64,000 nucleotides of DNA from Terriglobia bacterium (GCA_963695545.1 OY968796.1:672001-736000); one strand, 5' to 3'; positions 35,929 through 47,477 are shown, counted from the first letter of the stretch. A program made the numbers and translations. Notes: a model not told the origin generated them from the letters alone.

Positions 35929-36440
35929 CAAAGTTTCGCGGATCATGCTTTTTTTTCGCGCGAGCCGAGTGGCCGTGATTGGCCGTGCGTCCCAGAAAAC
36001 CCCTGATCCTGCGTAAGAGACTGAAAATAAATATAGATGCGTCGATGGCAAGATCAATCTTTGCGGCGGGCAGGCGGCGCGCGTCCGGGCCCCCGAGCCA
36101 GGGCCTTTGACCCGCCCGGGGCGGGTTCGACGCGTCCGGCGTCGGAACTGCATAACGAAGGAGACTGAAATTATGAGTCGCATCGCCGGAGAAATCGCTG
36201 ATTCGGCGGCCGCGGCCGGTGTGTTGTATTGCTGCATATGTCTTTCGACACTGCATTCTCATGGCTCGCTCCGGGCGCGCGGCAAGATGTTAAATTTGAC
36301 TCAGGCGGACACGTTTATCGCCGCAGTTCACTTTACCAGGGAGTCTCGCTCCGGTCAGCGGCTGCAGCAATTTCGCCCCACACCGTTCGTAGAGTTCCGT
36401 CCAAGGGCCCAAAGGCCTCCGGCCCGGGAAGACTGCAGGC

Positions 36441-38720
36441 ATGAGAAACATCCGGCTGAGAACAAAGTTCCTGCTTTCACTGCTGGCCGTTTCGGCGGGT
36501 CTGACGGCCGCGACGCTAGCGGTGGTGAGTTATAACGTCCAGAAGCGCATCCGCGAATCGCTCCAGGACGACCTGCGGACCTCGCTAAATACTTATCAGA
36601 CATTTGAGAAGCAACGGGAGGAGTCGCTCGAGCGGTCGGCGGGGTTGGTCGCCAGCTTGCCCACGGTTCGCGCGCTGATGACTACGGACGATCCGGCGAC
36701 GATTCAGGATGAATCCGAAAGCATCCGGCAACTGAGCGAAAGCGATTTGCTGGTGCTGGCGGATCGTCGCGGCGAAGTGGCGGGACTGAGCGCGAGCGCC
36801 GGGGATTTCACCGAGAAGGATGCGCAGGAGCTTCTCCAGAATTCGCTGCAAGCGGGGCGCGATGGCGACTGGTGGTACGGCGCGGGGCACCTCTATGAAG
36901 TGAGAATTCAGCCGATTTATCTCGGCGAGGGCAGCGACTCCACGTTGTTGGGTCTGCTTGCGGTCGGCAAGGAGATCAACAATCGCACGGCGGCGGATTT
37001 TGGCTCGATTGTCGCGAGCCAGGTGATCTTTCGCTCGGGGGACAACATCGTCGCGAGCACCCTGAGCGGCGCGGGACCCGCGGGAGCGGGCGGTGCGTAC
37101 GCCTCGGGCGGCGCGTCCTCGAATACGGCATCCTCGCGATCGTCGGAGGAGGTGCAAATTGGAAGCGAGCGATTTCTTGAAAGCAGTTTGGACCTGTCGG
37201 GCGAGGCCACACCTGCCGTAACACTGAGCGTGCTGAAGTCACTCGACCAGGCGACGGCGTTCTTGAACCGGCTGAATCGCGTGCTGCTCGGGCTCGGACT
37301 GCTGAGCGTGGTGGCGGGCGGCACATTGGTATTTTTAATTTCGCACACGTTCACGCGGCCGCTCTCCGGCCTCGTGTCAGGCGTGAGGGCGCTCGAGCGC
37401 GGCGACTTCAATTATCCGCTCGAAAAAACGGGCGGCGATGAAGTGGCCGAAGTCACCGGCGCATTCGCGAGAATGCGCGTGACGCTGCGAAATTCGCTGG
37501 AGGAAGAAAAGCATCTCGAAGAACAGTTGCGCCAGGCGCACAAGATGGAAGCGGTAGGGCGGCTGGCGGGCGGCGTGGCGCACGATTTCAACAACCTTCT
37601 AACGATTATTCGCGGCAACGCGGACATCCTGGCGGATCGCGAAGGCGCCGACTATCTTCAAAAGCGCTGCGTGGATCAAATTCGTAATGCGTCGGGGCGC
37701 GCGGTTTCCATGACACGGCAACTGCTGGCGTTCAGCCGGATGCAGGTGCTCCAGCCGCGCGTGCTCGATCTAAACACGATTGTTTCCGAGATGGGCAAGA
37801 TGCTGCCGCGATTGATCGGCGAACACATCGAATATTTCTATGCGCCGGAGCCGAAGTTGGCGCCCGTGCTCGCGGATCCCGGCCAATTGGAACAGGTGAT
37901 CCTGAATCTCGCCGTGAATGCGCGAGATGCCATGCCCGGCGGCGGCAAACTCACGGTGCGCACGCGCAACGTGATCATCAACGAGCGCGACGCCAGCCTG
38001 CGCCCTCCGATGACGTCCGGGAACTACGTGCTTCTCTCCATCACCGACACCGGCCACGGAATTGACGCCGAAACGAAATCGCATATTTTTGAGCCGTTCT
38101 TCACGACCAAGGCCGCCGGCCAGGGCACCGGCCTCGGCCTCGCCACCGTTTACGGCGTGGTGAAGCAGAGCGGCGGCTTCGTCTGGGTTGAAAGCGCGCC
38201 GGGCAAAGGCGCGACATTCGAGATTTATCTGCCGCGATCGGCGAAAAGCATAATGGAGGCGGACATCGACGCGGCGGCCTCCCCGTCGCCCGGAGGCAGT
38301 GAGACGATTCTGGTGGTCGAGGATGAAGAGGGCGTGCGGCAATTGGCATCGCTATTCCTCGGCGAAAAAGGTTATCGCGTGCTGCAAGCGAGTAACGGAG
38401 CCGAAGCTCTTGAAGTGGCAGCGCGGCACGCCGGCGCGATCCATCTGGTGCTGAGCGATATGGTGATGCCGCGGATGAGCGGCCGAGAGATGGTTGAGGA
38501 GCTGAAGGAAGTCCGGCACGGGACGAAATTCCTGTTCATGACCGGGTACGCCGAATATCTGGGGAATCGGAGTGGGCACGAAGGTGTGGCCGGCCCTGAG
38601 GAAATCGCGATTATTCAAAAGCCGTTTTCAAAGCAGTCGCTGCTGGAAAAAGTTCGAGAGACCCTGACGGCCAATTCCGTTGTGCAACTTACCTGGTCGG
38701 CGCCGGAGCGAATCGATTGA
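36441..38720 (+). CDS. Hybrid sensor histidine kinase (TM, periplasmic domain, TM, HAMP, HisKA, HATPase, receiver)
   Basis: [33 protein letters not shown]; receiver VEDE...SDMVMP...KPF. Confidence 0.93.
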   Translation: MRNIRLRTKFLLSLLAVSAGLTAATLAVVSYNVQKRIRESLQDDLRTSLNTYQTFEKQREESLERSAGLVASLPTVRALMTTDDPATIQDESESIRQLSESDLLVLADRRGEVAGLSASAGDFTEKDAQELLQNSLQAGRDGDWWYGAGHLYEVRIQPIYLGEGSDSTLLGLLAVGKEINNRTAADFGSIVASQVIFRSGDNIVASTLSGAGPAGAGGAYASGGASSNTASSRSSEEVQIGSERFLESSLDLSGEATPAVTLSVLKSLDQATAFLNRLNRVLLGLGLLSVVAGGTLVFLISHTFTRPLSGLVSGVRALERGDFNYPLEKTGGDEVAEVTGAFARMRVTLRNSLEEEKHLEEQLRQAHKMEAVGRLAGGVAHDFNNLLTIIRGNADILADREGADYLQKRCVDQIRNASGRAVSMTRQLLAFSRMQVLQPRVLDLNTIVSEMGKMLPRLIGEHIEYFYAPEPKLAPVLADPGQLEQVILNLAVNARDAMPGGGKLTVRTRNVIINERDASLRPPMTSGNYVLLSITDTGHGIDAETKSHIFEPFFTTKAAGQGTGLGLATVYGVVKQSGGFVWVESAPGKGATFEIYLPRSAKSIMEADIDAAASPSPGGSETILVVEDEEGVRQLASLFLGEKGYRVLQASNGAEALEVAARHAGAIHLVLSDMVMPRMSGREMVEELKEVRHGTKFLFMTGYAEYLGNRSGHEGVAGPEEIAIIQKPFSKQSLLEKVRETLTANSVVQLTWSAPERID

Positions 38721-38785
38721 GACCTAAGCGTTCCGCATTCTGGGTGAAGCGAGCGCGCACTCGGCTTAGGAGAAAGAAGGCAAAC

Positions 38786-40477
38786 ATGCGAGGCGCGAGA
38801 AGCAACGTGGTGATGCTGGCCGTCATCGCCGGCATTTCGCTGTTGGGCGCGCGGCCGATTCTCGCTCAGAGCGCCGCGGGCTCAACCTCGTCGTCACAGG
38901 CGCAGCCGGGCCCGGGCGCAAACCAGGACGCCAACATTCAAAGCTTGACCGCAATCGTGCAGCAGTTGCAGAGCCAGGTGCAAAAACTGAGCACGCAACT
39001 GGACGCAATGCGCGAAGAGGAGCAACAGGCCCGTGAAGATGCGGGCGCGCTGCGCAAAGAACTGGATGACGCGAAATCCAAGCTGGCTTCGCTGACCGGC
39101 GCGCCCGCCGGCCTACCAACGGCCAGTCCGGCGCCGGCGGCGACTCTAGCAATGTCTGCGCCCGCCCCCGATCCCGCTGGCTATTCCAACGATCAGAGCA
39201 CGGACACTCCGCAGCAAGTTCCGCAAGCAGCTGCGCCTTCGAACAGCGAGGACCAAATCGCGCGGATCCAAGAAGACCAGCAGCTCACCAGCGCCGAAAT
39301 CAAGGAACAAAGTCAGACGAAGGTTGAAAGCGGTTCAAAATACAGGCTGCGGCTTTCGGGAATTGTACTGCTGAACTTATTTTCTAATCGCGGAGCCGTG
39401 GACAACATCGATTTCCCGGAGATCGCCGAGGCGCCTTATCCCAACGGGACGAATTCGACGTTCGGCGGATCGCTGCGCCAGTCTCAGATCTCGCTTGCGG
39501 CGTTCGGGCCGAACATTGCGGGCGCGCACACCAGCGCGAATATCACTTTCGATTTTGCCGGGGCGATTCCGGAAGTGCCGAACGGCGCAGTCACCGGTCT
39601 GGTTCGGCTGCGGACGGGAACGATTCGTTTCGACTGGGCCAATACGTCGATCATCGCCGGTCAGGACGCTCTTTTCATCGCGCCGCTCAGCCCGACTTCT
39701 TTCGCGACGCTTGCCGTGCCTCCGCTCTCGTACGCCGGCAATCTGTGGAGTTGGGCGCCGCAAGTCCGCATCGAGCACCGATTCAATTTCTCGAACGGCT
39801 CGAAAGTCCTGGCGCAAGCGGGAATTCTCGATCCCCTCTCCGGTGACGTGCCGTACGAGCAATTCGCCCGCGACCCCACATTCGGAGAGCAGTCCGGGAT
39901 GCCTGCGATTGCGGCGCGAGTCGCGTGGAGCCACGCCACCGCCCAGGATCGGAGCGTGACGCTTGGATTCAGCGGTTACTACAGCCGCGAGGGTTGGGGC
40001 GACGGGCGATACGTGGACGCCTGGGCCACCATCATGGATCTGACCGTGCCACTCACGCGAAGATTCGAGTTGACGACCCAATTCTATCGCGGACAGGCGG
40101 TCGCCGGGCTTGGCGGCGGAATCGGCCAAAGCGTACTGTGGAACGGCTCGCTGACAGACCCTTCGACGAAAGTCGTGGGCCTCGATTCCGTGGGCGGTTG
40201 GGCGCAGATCAAATTCAAGGCCACGCCGAAGATCCAATTGAACGCGGCGCTGGGCGATGACAATCCGTTCGCCCCGGAGTTGCGCGAGTATTATTGGAAC
40301 ACGGGATATTACGGCTCTGCGCTGTCGAGGAATTTTAGTCCGTTCTTTAATGTCATTTATCGGCCTCGCTCGGACGCGCTTTTTTCGCTCGAGTATCAGC
40401 GCCTGAAAACCTACACCTTGGATAGCACCGCGAACAGCTCGAACCACGTCGACTTGAGCATGGGGTACATTTTTTGA
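38786..40477 (+). CDS. Outer-membrane porin-like beta-barrel with N-terminal coiled coil (DcaP-like)
   Basis: Signal peptide, Q/E-rich coiled coil, amphipathic beta pattern, AGQD and PQVRIEH motifs, C-terminal LSMGYIF. Confidence 0.75.
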   Translation: MRGARSNVVMLAVIAGISLLGARPILAQSAAGSTSSSQAQPGPGANQDANIQSLTAIVQQLQSQVQKLSTQLDAMREEEQQAREDAGALRKELDDAKSKLASLTGAPAGLPTASPAPAATLAMSAPAPDPAGYSNDQSTDTPQQVPQAAAPSNSEDQIARIQEDQQLTSAEIKEQSQTKVESGSKYRLRLSGIVLLNLFSNRGAVDNIDFPEIAEAPYPNGTNSTFGGSLRQSQISLAAFGPNIAGAHTSANITFDFAGAIPEVPNGAVTGLVRLRTGTIRFDWANTSIIAGQDALFIAPLSPTSFATLAVPPLSYAGNLWSWAPQVRIEHRFNFSNGSKVLAQAGILDPLSGDVPYEQFARDPTFGEQSGMPAIAARVAWSHATAQDRSVTLGFSGYYSREGWGDGRYVDAWATIMDLTVPLTRRFELTTQFYRGQAVAGLGGGIGQSVLWNGSLTDPSTKVVGLDSVGGWAQIKFKATPKIQLNAALGDDNPFAPELREYYWNTGYYGSALSRNFSPFFNVIYRPRSDALFSLEYQRLKTYTLDSTANSSNHVDLSMGYIF

Positions 40478-41244
40478 TGCGCAGAGAAAATATTGTGCGC
40501 CACCTTCTAGCGATTCTGATTTTGTTCGCTCTGTGCGCTGGCCTTGCCTCCAGACCAGCAAGAGCCCAGTCGAACGCCGTTACGGCGACCGTTGACGTTC
40601 GGTCCGCCGCTACGGGAAGCACGAATCCCAAACCCGGGGCCCCGAGCGATGCCTCCGGAGTGGTGGTCTGGCTCAAGCCGCTCGACGCCACGACGCCGCT
40701 TCCCGCACCGAACCAAACCGGCCATCCGAGACCGCAGATCGCGCAGCACAACAAGATGTTCGAGCCGCATCTGCTGGTCGTTCAGGCCGGCACGGTAGTG
40801 GATTTTCCGAACCGCGATCCCTTCTTCCACAACGTCTTCTCGTTGTTCGATGGAAAGCGATTCGATCTCGGCCTTTACGAAGCCGGCGCCACGAATTCGG
40901 TGCGCTTCGATCGTGTCGGCGTCAGCTACCTTTTCTGCAACATCCATCCGGAAATGAGCGCGGTGGTAGTTGCGGTGGATACGACCTACTTTGCTGTTTC
41001 GGATGCGTCGGGCGCGGTGACGGTTACAAACGTGCCTGCCGGCCGATACGAACTGCACGTTTGGTATGAGCGCAGCCTTCCCGAAGATCTGACGAAGCTG
41101 ACGCGGGTGGTGCGCATATCCGATTCCGCGCACGACCTCGGCGCAATTTCCGTGTTTGCAAACCCGAACTTCACCTCAGCACATGAAAATAAGTACGGCG
41201 AGGACTACGTTCCTCCTCCCGCCGACGGCTACGGGAATCCCTAG
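40477..41244 (+). CDS. Secreted cupredoxin-like protein fused to a carboxypeptidase-regulatory-like beta domain
   Basis: FPNRDPFFHNVFS and FCNIHPEM (His...Cys-x2-His-x2-Met); TGATG overlap with the porin stop. Confidence 0.8.
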   Translation: MRRENIVRHLLAILILFALCAGLASRPARAQSNAVTATVDVRSAATGSTNPKPGAPSDASGVVVWLKPLDATTPLPAPNQTGHPRPQIAQHNKMFEPHLLVVQAGTVVDFPNRDPFFHNVFSLFDGKRFDLGLYEAGATNSVRFDRVGVSYLFCNIHPEMSAVVVAVDTTYFAVSDASGAVTVTNVPAGRYELHVWYERSLPEDLTKLTRVVRISDSAHDLGAISVFANPNFTSAHENKYGEDYVPPPADGYGNP

Positions 41245-41396
41245 TCAAGCACGCTGCGTTCTATCCCGTCTTCTGCGCATCACCGCCGACCGTGCGGTAA
41301 GCGCGCACCAAAGATGCGGGAATAGGGTACGGCCCCCATTGAGTTCCGCGTAATTAGGCGCGCCAACACGTCCTGAAGGCGACGCGTCGATAATCG

Positions 41397-43730
41397 TTAC
41401 CTCTGAGGTGGCGCGCTTCCCGGCGGCGAAACGGCCGGCTTTGGAGCGCTAGGCGGCGGGGTTGGAGCAGTGACTGGTGGCGCGGCCGAGCCAGGTGATT
41501 CTTCGCCACCTTCGGTGGGGGCACTGTCCGGTGTATCGACTTTCACAGTCCTGGTGAGAGCCAACTGCTCAAGCGGCACGACGTTCGGGAAATCCTCGAC
41601 GGGCTGGTTGGCCAACGCGGACTTCATGAATTCGAGCCAAATGGGCAGCGCGGCCATGGCGCCGGTTTCCTTCTTCCCGAGCGATGTCTGCTTATCGTCG
41701 TAGCCGACCCATACGCCCGTTGTGAGTTGCGGAGTGAACCCGATGTACCACGCGTCGGTGAAATTGTTGGTCGTGCCGGTTTTGCCGCCGGTGGGGCGGC
41801 CGAGCGCAAGCGCCGCCTGCCCGGTGCCCATCTTCACCACATCCTCGAGCATCGCCACCATGGTGCGCGCGACGTCGGGCGGGATCACGTCATGCACTTC
41901 GGGCCGATTCTGCTCGAGCAGCGCGCCGTCGTACGACGCGACTTTGCGGATCATGTGCGGATCGATGCGCACGCCATCGTCGGGAAAAACGCTGAAGGCC
42001 GAAGTGTGCTCCAAAAGATTCAAGTCCGCGGCGCCGAGCGCCAGCGGTAGATACGGCGGCAAGGGGCTGGTGATGCCGAAGCGGCGCGCGAGCGCGATCA
42101 CATTTGAAATTCCGACTTTCTCCATCAGCTTCACGGCCGGTACGTTGCGCGATCCGGCGAGCGCGCGGCGGAGCGTGATCAGGCCCTCGAATTTTTCGTC
42201 GTAATTGTGCGGCGCATAGACTTGGCCGCCGCTCATGGTGCTGTAAGGCTCGTCAAGAATTGTGTCGAACGGATCGGCGCCGGCCTCGAACGCGGCCGAA
42301 TAGACGTAGACCTTGAACGAGCTGCCAACCTGACGCTCCGCTTGAATGGCGCGATTGAATTTTGATTGCGCGAAATCGTAGCCGCCGACCATAGCTTTGA
42401 TCTCGCCGGTCGGATTATCGATCGCGAGGAGCGCGGCTTGCGGACCGGGATCCTGTTCGAGCGTGACCTTGGCCGTGCCGTCGGCCAGACTCACGATGTG
42501 CACCATGGCGATGTCGCCGACTTTCAGCAACGTGGCCGGAGATTTCCGGCCGGTCCACGCGAAATCGGCGGGCACAAGCGTCGCGTGGTAAGGACCGATC
42601 TTGATGACTGCCGCCTTATCGTCCACGGCCATCACCAGGCCGTTCACGTAAGCACCCGGCACGAGTTCGCCGTGCCAATCGTCGTCGTCGTAAGCGGCGA
42701 GCGTGCTGCGATTGTCAGTGATAATGTTGTCCAGGTGGCCGCGCCAGCCGTGCCGCCGGTCGTAGGTGTGCAAGCCATCGCGCACGGCCTGATTGGCGGC
42801 GCGCTGCATCGCAACGTTCAGCGTGGTGTAGACGCGCAAGCCGCGCGTGTCCACCGTTTCGGTTCCGTAGGCGCCTTCGAGGTATTTGCGGATTTCTTCG
42901 ACGAAGTAAGGCGCGAGGTCGTCGCGCGGCACTTCGAGATTTAGACCCATGGGCTGAGCCATGGCGCTTTGCGCCGCGGCGTCACTGATCTTGCCGAGCT
43001 CGGCCATGCGCTGCAGCACAAGATTGCGGCGATCGAGCGACTTTTGCGGATGCAGGATCGGCGAATATCCGGGGCCGCGGATCAGCCCCGCGAGCGTGGC
43101 GGCTTCCGGCAACGTCAATTGGCCGATCGGCTTTCCGAAATAATATTCGGAAGCGGCCTCGAAGCCGTAATTGCCGTGCGCCAGATAAATTTGGTTGCAG
43201 TACATCGTCAGAATTTGTTCCTTGGTGTAGTGGCGCTCGATCTGCAGCGCCAGAAGCGTTTCCTGAGTCTTTCGGCGGAAGCTGCGGTCGGCGCGATTGA
43301 GGAAAAGCGTGCCCGCCAGCTGCATGGTAAGCGTACTCGCGCCTTCTTCGACGCGGCCGTGGATCAGATCTTTCCACGCAGCGCCGGCGACGCGCGTGAA
43401 GTCCACGCCCCAGTGCTCCTCGAAGTGCTGATCTTCAGTCGAGAGGATGGCGTCCTTGAGGACCGCGGGGATCTGGTCGTAGGTGATCAGGATGCGGCGC
43501 TGCACCGAGAACGTGCCGATCAATTGCCCGTCATCGGCGTAAAGCTCGGTGACCACGTTGGGCTGGTAATCCTGGAGCGCGTGGATTTCAGGCAGGTCGC
43601 TTGAATAGACAAAGATGAGTCCCGCGATGGCGCCGGCAGAAATTGCGAGGATCAGGAGAACGGCGAAGGTGAGCCGCACGGCGAGCTTGCGTCCGCGCAG
43701 ACGCAGCGTGATCGGAGGAAGCGGATCCAT
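41397..43730 (-). CDS. Class A penicillin-binding protein (PBP1A family)
   Basis: Transglycosylase EDQHF, GASTLTMQL, RKTQE; transpeptidase SSFK, SRN, KTG. Confidence 0.95.
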   Translation of the reverse strand: MDPLPPITLRLRGRKLAVRLTFAVLLILAISAGAIAGLIFVYSSDLPEIHALQDYQPNVVTELYADDGQLIGTFSVQRRILITYDQIPAVLKDAILSTEDQHFEEHWGVDFTRVAGAAWKDLIHGRVEEGASTLTMQLAGTLFLNRADRSFRRKTQETLLALQIERHYTKEQILTMYCNQIYLAHGNYGFEAASEYYFGKPIGQLTLPEAATLAGLIRGPGYSPILHPQKSLDRRNLVLQRMAELGKISDAAAQSAMAQPMGLNLEVPRDDLAPYFVEEIRKYLEGAYGTETVDTRGLRVYTTLNVAMQRAANQAVRDGLHTYDRRHGWRGHLDNIITDNRSTLAAYDDDDWHGELVPGAYVNGLVMAVDDKAAVIKIGPYHATLVPADFAWTGRKSPATLLKVGDIAMVHIVSLADGTAKVTLEQDPGPQAALLAIDNPTGEIKAMVGGYDFAQSKFNRAIQAERQVGSSFKVYVYSAAFEAGADPFDTILDEPYSTMSGGQVYAPHNYDEKFEGLITLRRALAGSRNVPAVKLMEKVGISNVIALARRFGITSPLPPYLPLALGAADLNLLEHTSAFSVFPDDGVRIDPHMIRKVASYDGALLEQNRPEVHDVIPPDVARTMVAMLEDVVKMGTGQAALALGRPTGGKTGTTNNFTDAWYIGFTPQLTTGVWVGYDDKQTSLGKKETGAMAALPIWLEFMKSALANQPVEDFPNVVPLEQLALTRTVKVDTPDSAPTEGGEESPGSAAPPVTAPTPPPSAPKPAVSPPGSAPPQR

Positions 43731-44140
43731 CGAGATCGATCATAACATTGCGCTCCGCGCATTTCGGTCTATCTCGGACTGGGTGTGCAACGCGGCTGCC
43801 ACCCGGCCGACCGGCCAGACGATGGCCGGCGCGGCTGCCTGAACTTGATATGGGTGGACAAGAGAATATGGCGGGAGTATGGTCGCCGCAAGAATTGAGG
43901 GTCAGAAGTGCATTTTCCGCAATCTGTGCCGCTAGCAAGCGCACAGCCGTAATTGCAAAATCCGGTTCGCGGCGAGGTTGCTGCACTCGGCTCGGTGGAT
44001 CGCGCTCGCCGATCGATTGAGCCACGTTAAAACACTCGAATGGTGGCCTGAAACAATCTGCGAGAGGGCCGCAACTTTCCCACAACTGCCGGGTTGAGGG
44101 TATCACGCGAAGTATCGGCTTCTGTCGACAGGGGGTTTCC

Positions 44141-46027
44141 GTGCATCGTTCACTGCTCCCGCTTGTGGCCGTTTTGGTTTTCGGTGTGGCATCGGGCTGT
44201 TCGAGCGGCGGCAACGGGGAACAGGCGCCCCCGCCGGTCCCAGGCGTCACGGTCTTTGCTCCGGCGTCAACGGTGACGGCCGGCGCGTCCGTGCAGCTGA
44301 CGGCCACGATCACGGACCTAACGAATCCGACAACGCCGGTCTGGGACGTCAACGGAATCGTGAACGGAAATGCCACGGTTGGCACAATTAGCGCCTCAGG
44401 CCTGACTGCCGAGTACACGGCTCCCGCGCCATTGCCGACGCCAAACAATCCAGTAGAGATTCACGCCACAGTCATGTCCGGTGTGCAGCCTTTCGTCGGA
44501 ACGGCCTCCGAAACGCTGGTTAGTTTCGGACTGGCGCCGGCCGCGGCGGATCGATTTCTCGAGCAATCCACATTCGGCCCCACGCCGCAGCTTGTCACTT
44601 TGGTTTCCGAAACGGGAGAGTCGGAATTTCTTTCGAGTCAATTGGCCACGCCGCCCACGCTGTTTGCCGATCCGGCGGACACGGAAACGAACAATGGTCC
44701 CTTGCAGCAGCGGTATTTCATCGAGCTCGCGACCGCGCCCGATCAGCTGCGGCAACGCGTGGCGTTTGCCTTGGGGCAGATTTTTGTGATTTCGAGCACC
44801 ACGATCAATACGCCGCAGGCCTACACGCCGTATTTGAATACTCTCGAAACCGACGCGTTCACGAATTACCGGCAGATTATGGAAGACGTTACGCTCTCGC
44901 CCGCCATGGGCCACTACTTGGACATGGTGAACAACGACAAGCCCACGGCGACGACGCACGCCGACGAGAATTACGCGCGCGAGCTGATGCAGCTGATGTG
45001 CCTCGGCGAAAATCTGATCAATAACAACGGTTCGCCCCAACTCGATGGCAGCGGAAACCTGATTCCCACTTATTCGGAAACGCAGATCGACGCATTTTCG
45101 AGAGCCTACACCGGCTGGACGTATCCGACGATGCCGAACGCAACTTTGGAGAAGCACAATCCCGCCTATTGGACGGGACCCATGGTGCCGTTTGAGACCA
45201 ATCACGACGAGGCTGTGAAGCAGTTACTCACGTATCCTGGCGCGGTGTCAGGTGGTCTGCTTCCAGCGAACCAAACGGCGGAACAGGACCTCGAGGGCGC
45301 GCTGGACAATGTTTTCAATCATCCGAATTTGCCGGCGTTCGTTTCCATGCGATTGATCCAGCATCTGGTCACGAGCAATCCGAGTCCGGCTTACATACAG
45401 CGTGTGGCAAACGTCTTCATCAACAACGGATCGGGCGTGCGCGGCGATATGACGGCGGTGATTACCGCGATTCTGATGGATCCGGAAGCGCGACAGAACG
45501 ATGATCCCAGCGTCGCGGAGACTTCCGGGTTCGGGCATCTGCAGGAACCGATTCTCTACATCACCGGCTTGCTGCGGGAATTCGGCGCCACGACCGATGG
45601 CTCGAATTTGACGAACCAGGGCACCGACATGGGCCAGACCGCGCTGACTCCGGGAAGTGTATTCAACTTCTACTCGCCGCTCTACGTGATTCCGGGAACG
45701 ACGCAGTTGGGACCGGAATTTCAGATTTTGACGACCGCGACGACGTTGGCTCGGGCGAACTTTGCAAATTCATTTGTATTTGGCACGGGGCTCGGCACTG
45801 GCGCAACTGTCAGCTTTGCGAGCTACGGAACCCAGGCGTCGAATCCGACAGCGTTGCTTGCCACGCTGAACACACTGATGCTGCACGGAACCATGTCCGC
45901 ATCCATGCAGAGCAGCATCCTGACGGCGATGCAGACCGTGCCGAGCGGCGCGAATCAAGCGCTGACGCAGGCGGAAACGGCGATCTATCTGATTGCAACT
46001 TCTTCGGAATATCAGGTGCAGTACTGA
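44141..46027 (+). CDS. DUF1800 family lipoprotein with N-terminal Ig-like domain
   Basis: Lipobox-like VASGC; RFLEQSTFGPT, DQLRQRVAFAL, ADENYARELMQL, LVTSNPSPAYIQRV, SSEY. Confidence 0.85.
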   Translation: MHRSLLPLVAVLVFGVASGCSSGGNGEQAPPPVPGVTVFAPASTVTAGASVQLTATITDLTNPTTPVWDVNGIVNGNATVGTISASGLTAEYTAPAPLPTPNNPVEIHATVMSGVQPFVGTASETLVSFGLAPAAADRFLEQSTFGPTPQLVTLVSETGESEFLSSQLATPPTLFADPADTETNNGPLQQRYFIELATAPDQLRQRVAFALGQIFVISSTTINTPQAYTPYLNTLETDAFTNYRQIMEDVTLSPAMGHYLDMVNNDKPTATTHADENYARELMQLMCLGENLINNNGSPQLDGSGNLIPTYSETQIDAFSRAYTGWTYPTMPNATLEKHNPAYWTGPMVPFETNHDEAVKQLLTYPGAVSGGLLPANQTAEQDLEGALDNVFNHPNLPAFVSMRLIQHLVTSNPSPAYIQRVANVFINNGSGVRGDMTAVITAILMDPEARQNDDPSVAETSGFGHLQEPILYITGLLREFGATTDGSNLTNQGTDMGQTALTPGSVFNFYSPLYVIPGTTQLGPEFQILTTATTLARANFANSFVFGTGLGTGATVSFASYGTQASNPTALLATLNTLMLHGTMSASMQSSILTAMQTVPSGANQALTQAETAIYLIATSSEYQVQY

Positions 46028-46060
46028 AATTGGGCCCAGCATGGTCGCGGGAGCGTGAAC

Positions 46061-47449
46061 ATGTTTGACAAGAACAGACTGACGCGCAGAGATTTTGTCC
46101 GCATGGGCTGTTGCACCGCCGCGTCGTTCGGCCTTTCGGCCGCGCTCGGCAGACTGAACTTGATTCAGGCCTACGCGGCCGGCCCGGCGACGGAGTATCG
46201 CGCGCTGGTATGCATTTTTCTTTTCGGCGGCAACGACAGCAACAATCTGGTCGTGCCGAACGACACCGCCGGATATGCGAACTACCTGAAATATCGCGCC
46301 AATCTGGCGCTCGCGCAGAACACGTTATTGCCAATCGTCTCGAAGACCAATCAGGCTTCCGGGCAAGTGGACTATGGGCTGCATCCGGAGCTGACGAATT
46401 TGCAGGGCCTGTTTTCCGGCGGGCAGCTCGCGTTGATCGCGAATGTCGGAACGCTGGCTCAGCCGCTCACGCAGGCGCAATATCTGGCGGGGGGATCTGC
46501 GCTGCCGCTAAATCTTTTTTCGCATTCGGACCAGCAGGCGCAATGGCAGACGGCGGAGTTCACGACAATCGGCAACGGAAGTAGCGGCTGGGCCGGGCGC
46601 ACGGCCGACAAACTACAGTCGCTGAATGCGGGCGCAACATTTCCTCCCATTGTTTCTGTGGCGGGCGGTGCAATTCTGTGCACGGGCGAGCAGACACAGC
46701 CGTACGCCATGAGCCCGGGATCGACCCCGGGGCTATCGGGATACAACGGCACGGTGGCGGAAAACGCGCGCCTGGTTTCGTTTCAACAATTGCTCACTTT
46801 GGATTCAGGGCTTTCCCTGGTGCAGGATACAAGCTCGGTGATGACGCAATCGCTGGAGGAGAGCGCGGTGCTCTCCGCGGCGATCAAGGGTTTGCCCGCG
46901 CTGCAGACGGCATTTCCAACGACCTCGATCGGCGCGCAATTGAAGCAAGTGGCGCAGATTATTCAGGCGCGGTCGTCGCTCGGACTGTTGCGGCAGATTT
47001 TCTTCTGTTCGCTCGGCGGATTCGATACGCACAGCGGCCAATTGCCGACGCAATCCAATTTGTTTTCGCAGCTCGATCCGGCCATGGCCGCGTTTTACGA
47101 TTCGACGGTCGAGCTGGGCCTGCCGCAGCAAGTCACCGCGTTCACGCTTTCCGATTTCAACCGGACATTTCAACCCGGAACGAATGCCGGCACCGATCAC
47201 GCTTGGGGCGGGAACCACATGATTCTGGGCGGGGCTGTGCAGGGTGGCGACATCTACGGCCAATTCCCGGTGCTCGTGCCGGGCAGCCCGAACGACGTGG
47301 GCACGAACGGCCGCTGGATTCCGACAACTTCGGTAGATCAGTATGGCGCGACGCTCGCGACGTGGTTCGGCGTCGCAGCTTCGGATTTGCCGTATATTTT
47401 CCCGAACCTGCCGAATTTCACGACGCCGACGTTGACGTTCATGGGATGA
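46061..47449 (+). CDS. DUF1501 family Tat-exported protein
   Basis: TRRDFV Tat motif; YRALVCIFLFGGND, GGFDTH, SDFNRT, GTDHAWG, IPTTSVDQY. Confidence 0.88.
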   Translation: MFDKNRLTRRDFVRMGCCTAASFGLSAALGRLNLIQAYAAGPATEYRALVCIFLFGGNDSNNLVVPNDTAGYANYLKYRANLALAQNTLLPIVSKTNQASGQVDYGLHPELTNLQGLFSGGQLALIANVGTLAQPLTQAQYLAGGSALPLNLFSHSDQQAQWQTAEFTTIGNGSSGWAGRTADKLQSLNAGATFPPIVSVAGGAILCTGEQTQPYAMSPGSTPGLSGYNGTVAENARLVSFQQLLTLDSGLSLVQDTSSVMTQSLEESAVLSAAIKGLPALQTAFPTTSIGAQLKQVAQIIQARSSLGLLRQIFFCSLGGFDTHSGQLPTQSNLFSQLDPAMAAFYDSTVELGLPQQVTAFTLSDFNRTFQPGTNAGTDHAWGGNHMILGGAVQGGDIYGQFPVLVPGSPNDVGTNGRWIPTTSVDQYGATLATWFGVAASDLPYIFPNLPNFTTPTLTFMG

Positions 47450-47477
47450 ACTGCGATGTTTGGCGGGCGATTCGCGT

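Noticed and set aside
36158..36535. AAGGAG-ATG at 36173 suggesting a small ORF, plus GAGACTGAAA repeated at 36017 and 36161
   Set aside because: The product has no recognisable features and overlaps the kinase by 95 nt in another frame; one 10-mer repeat is too weak.
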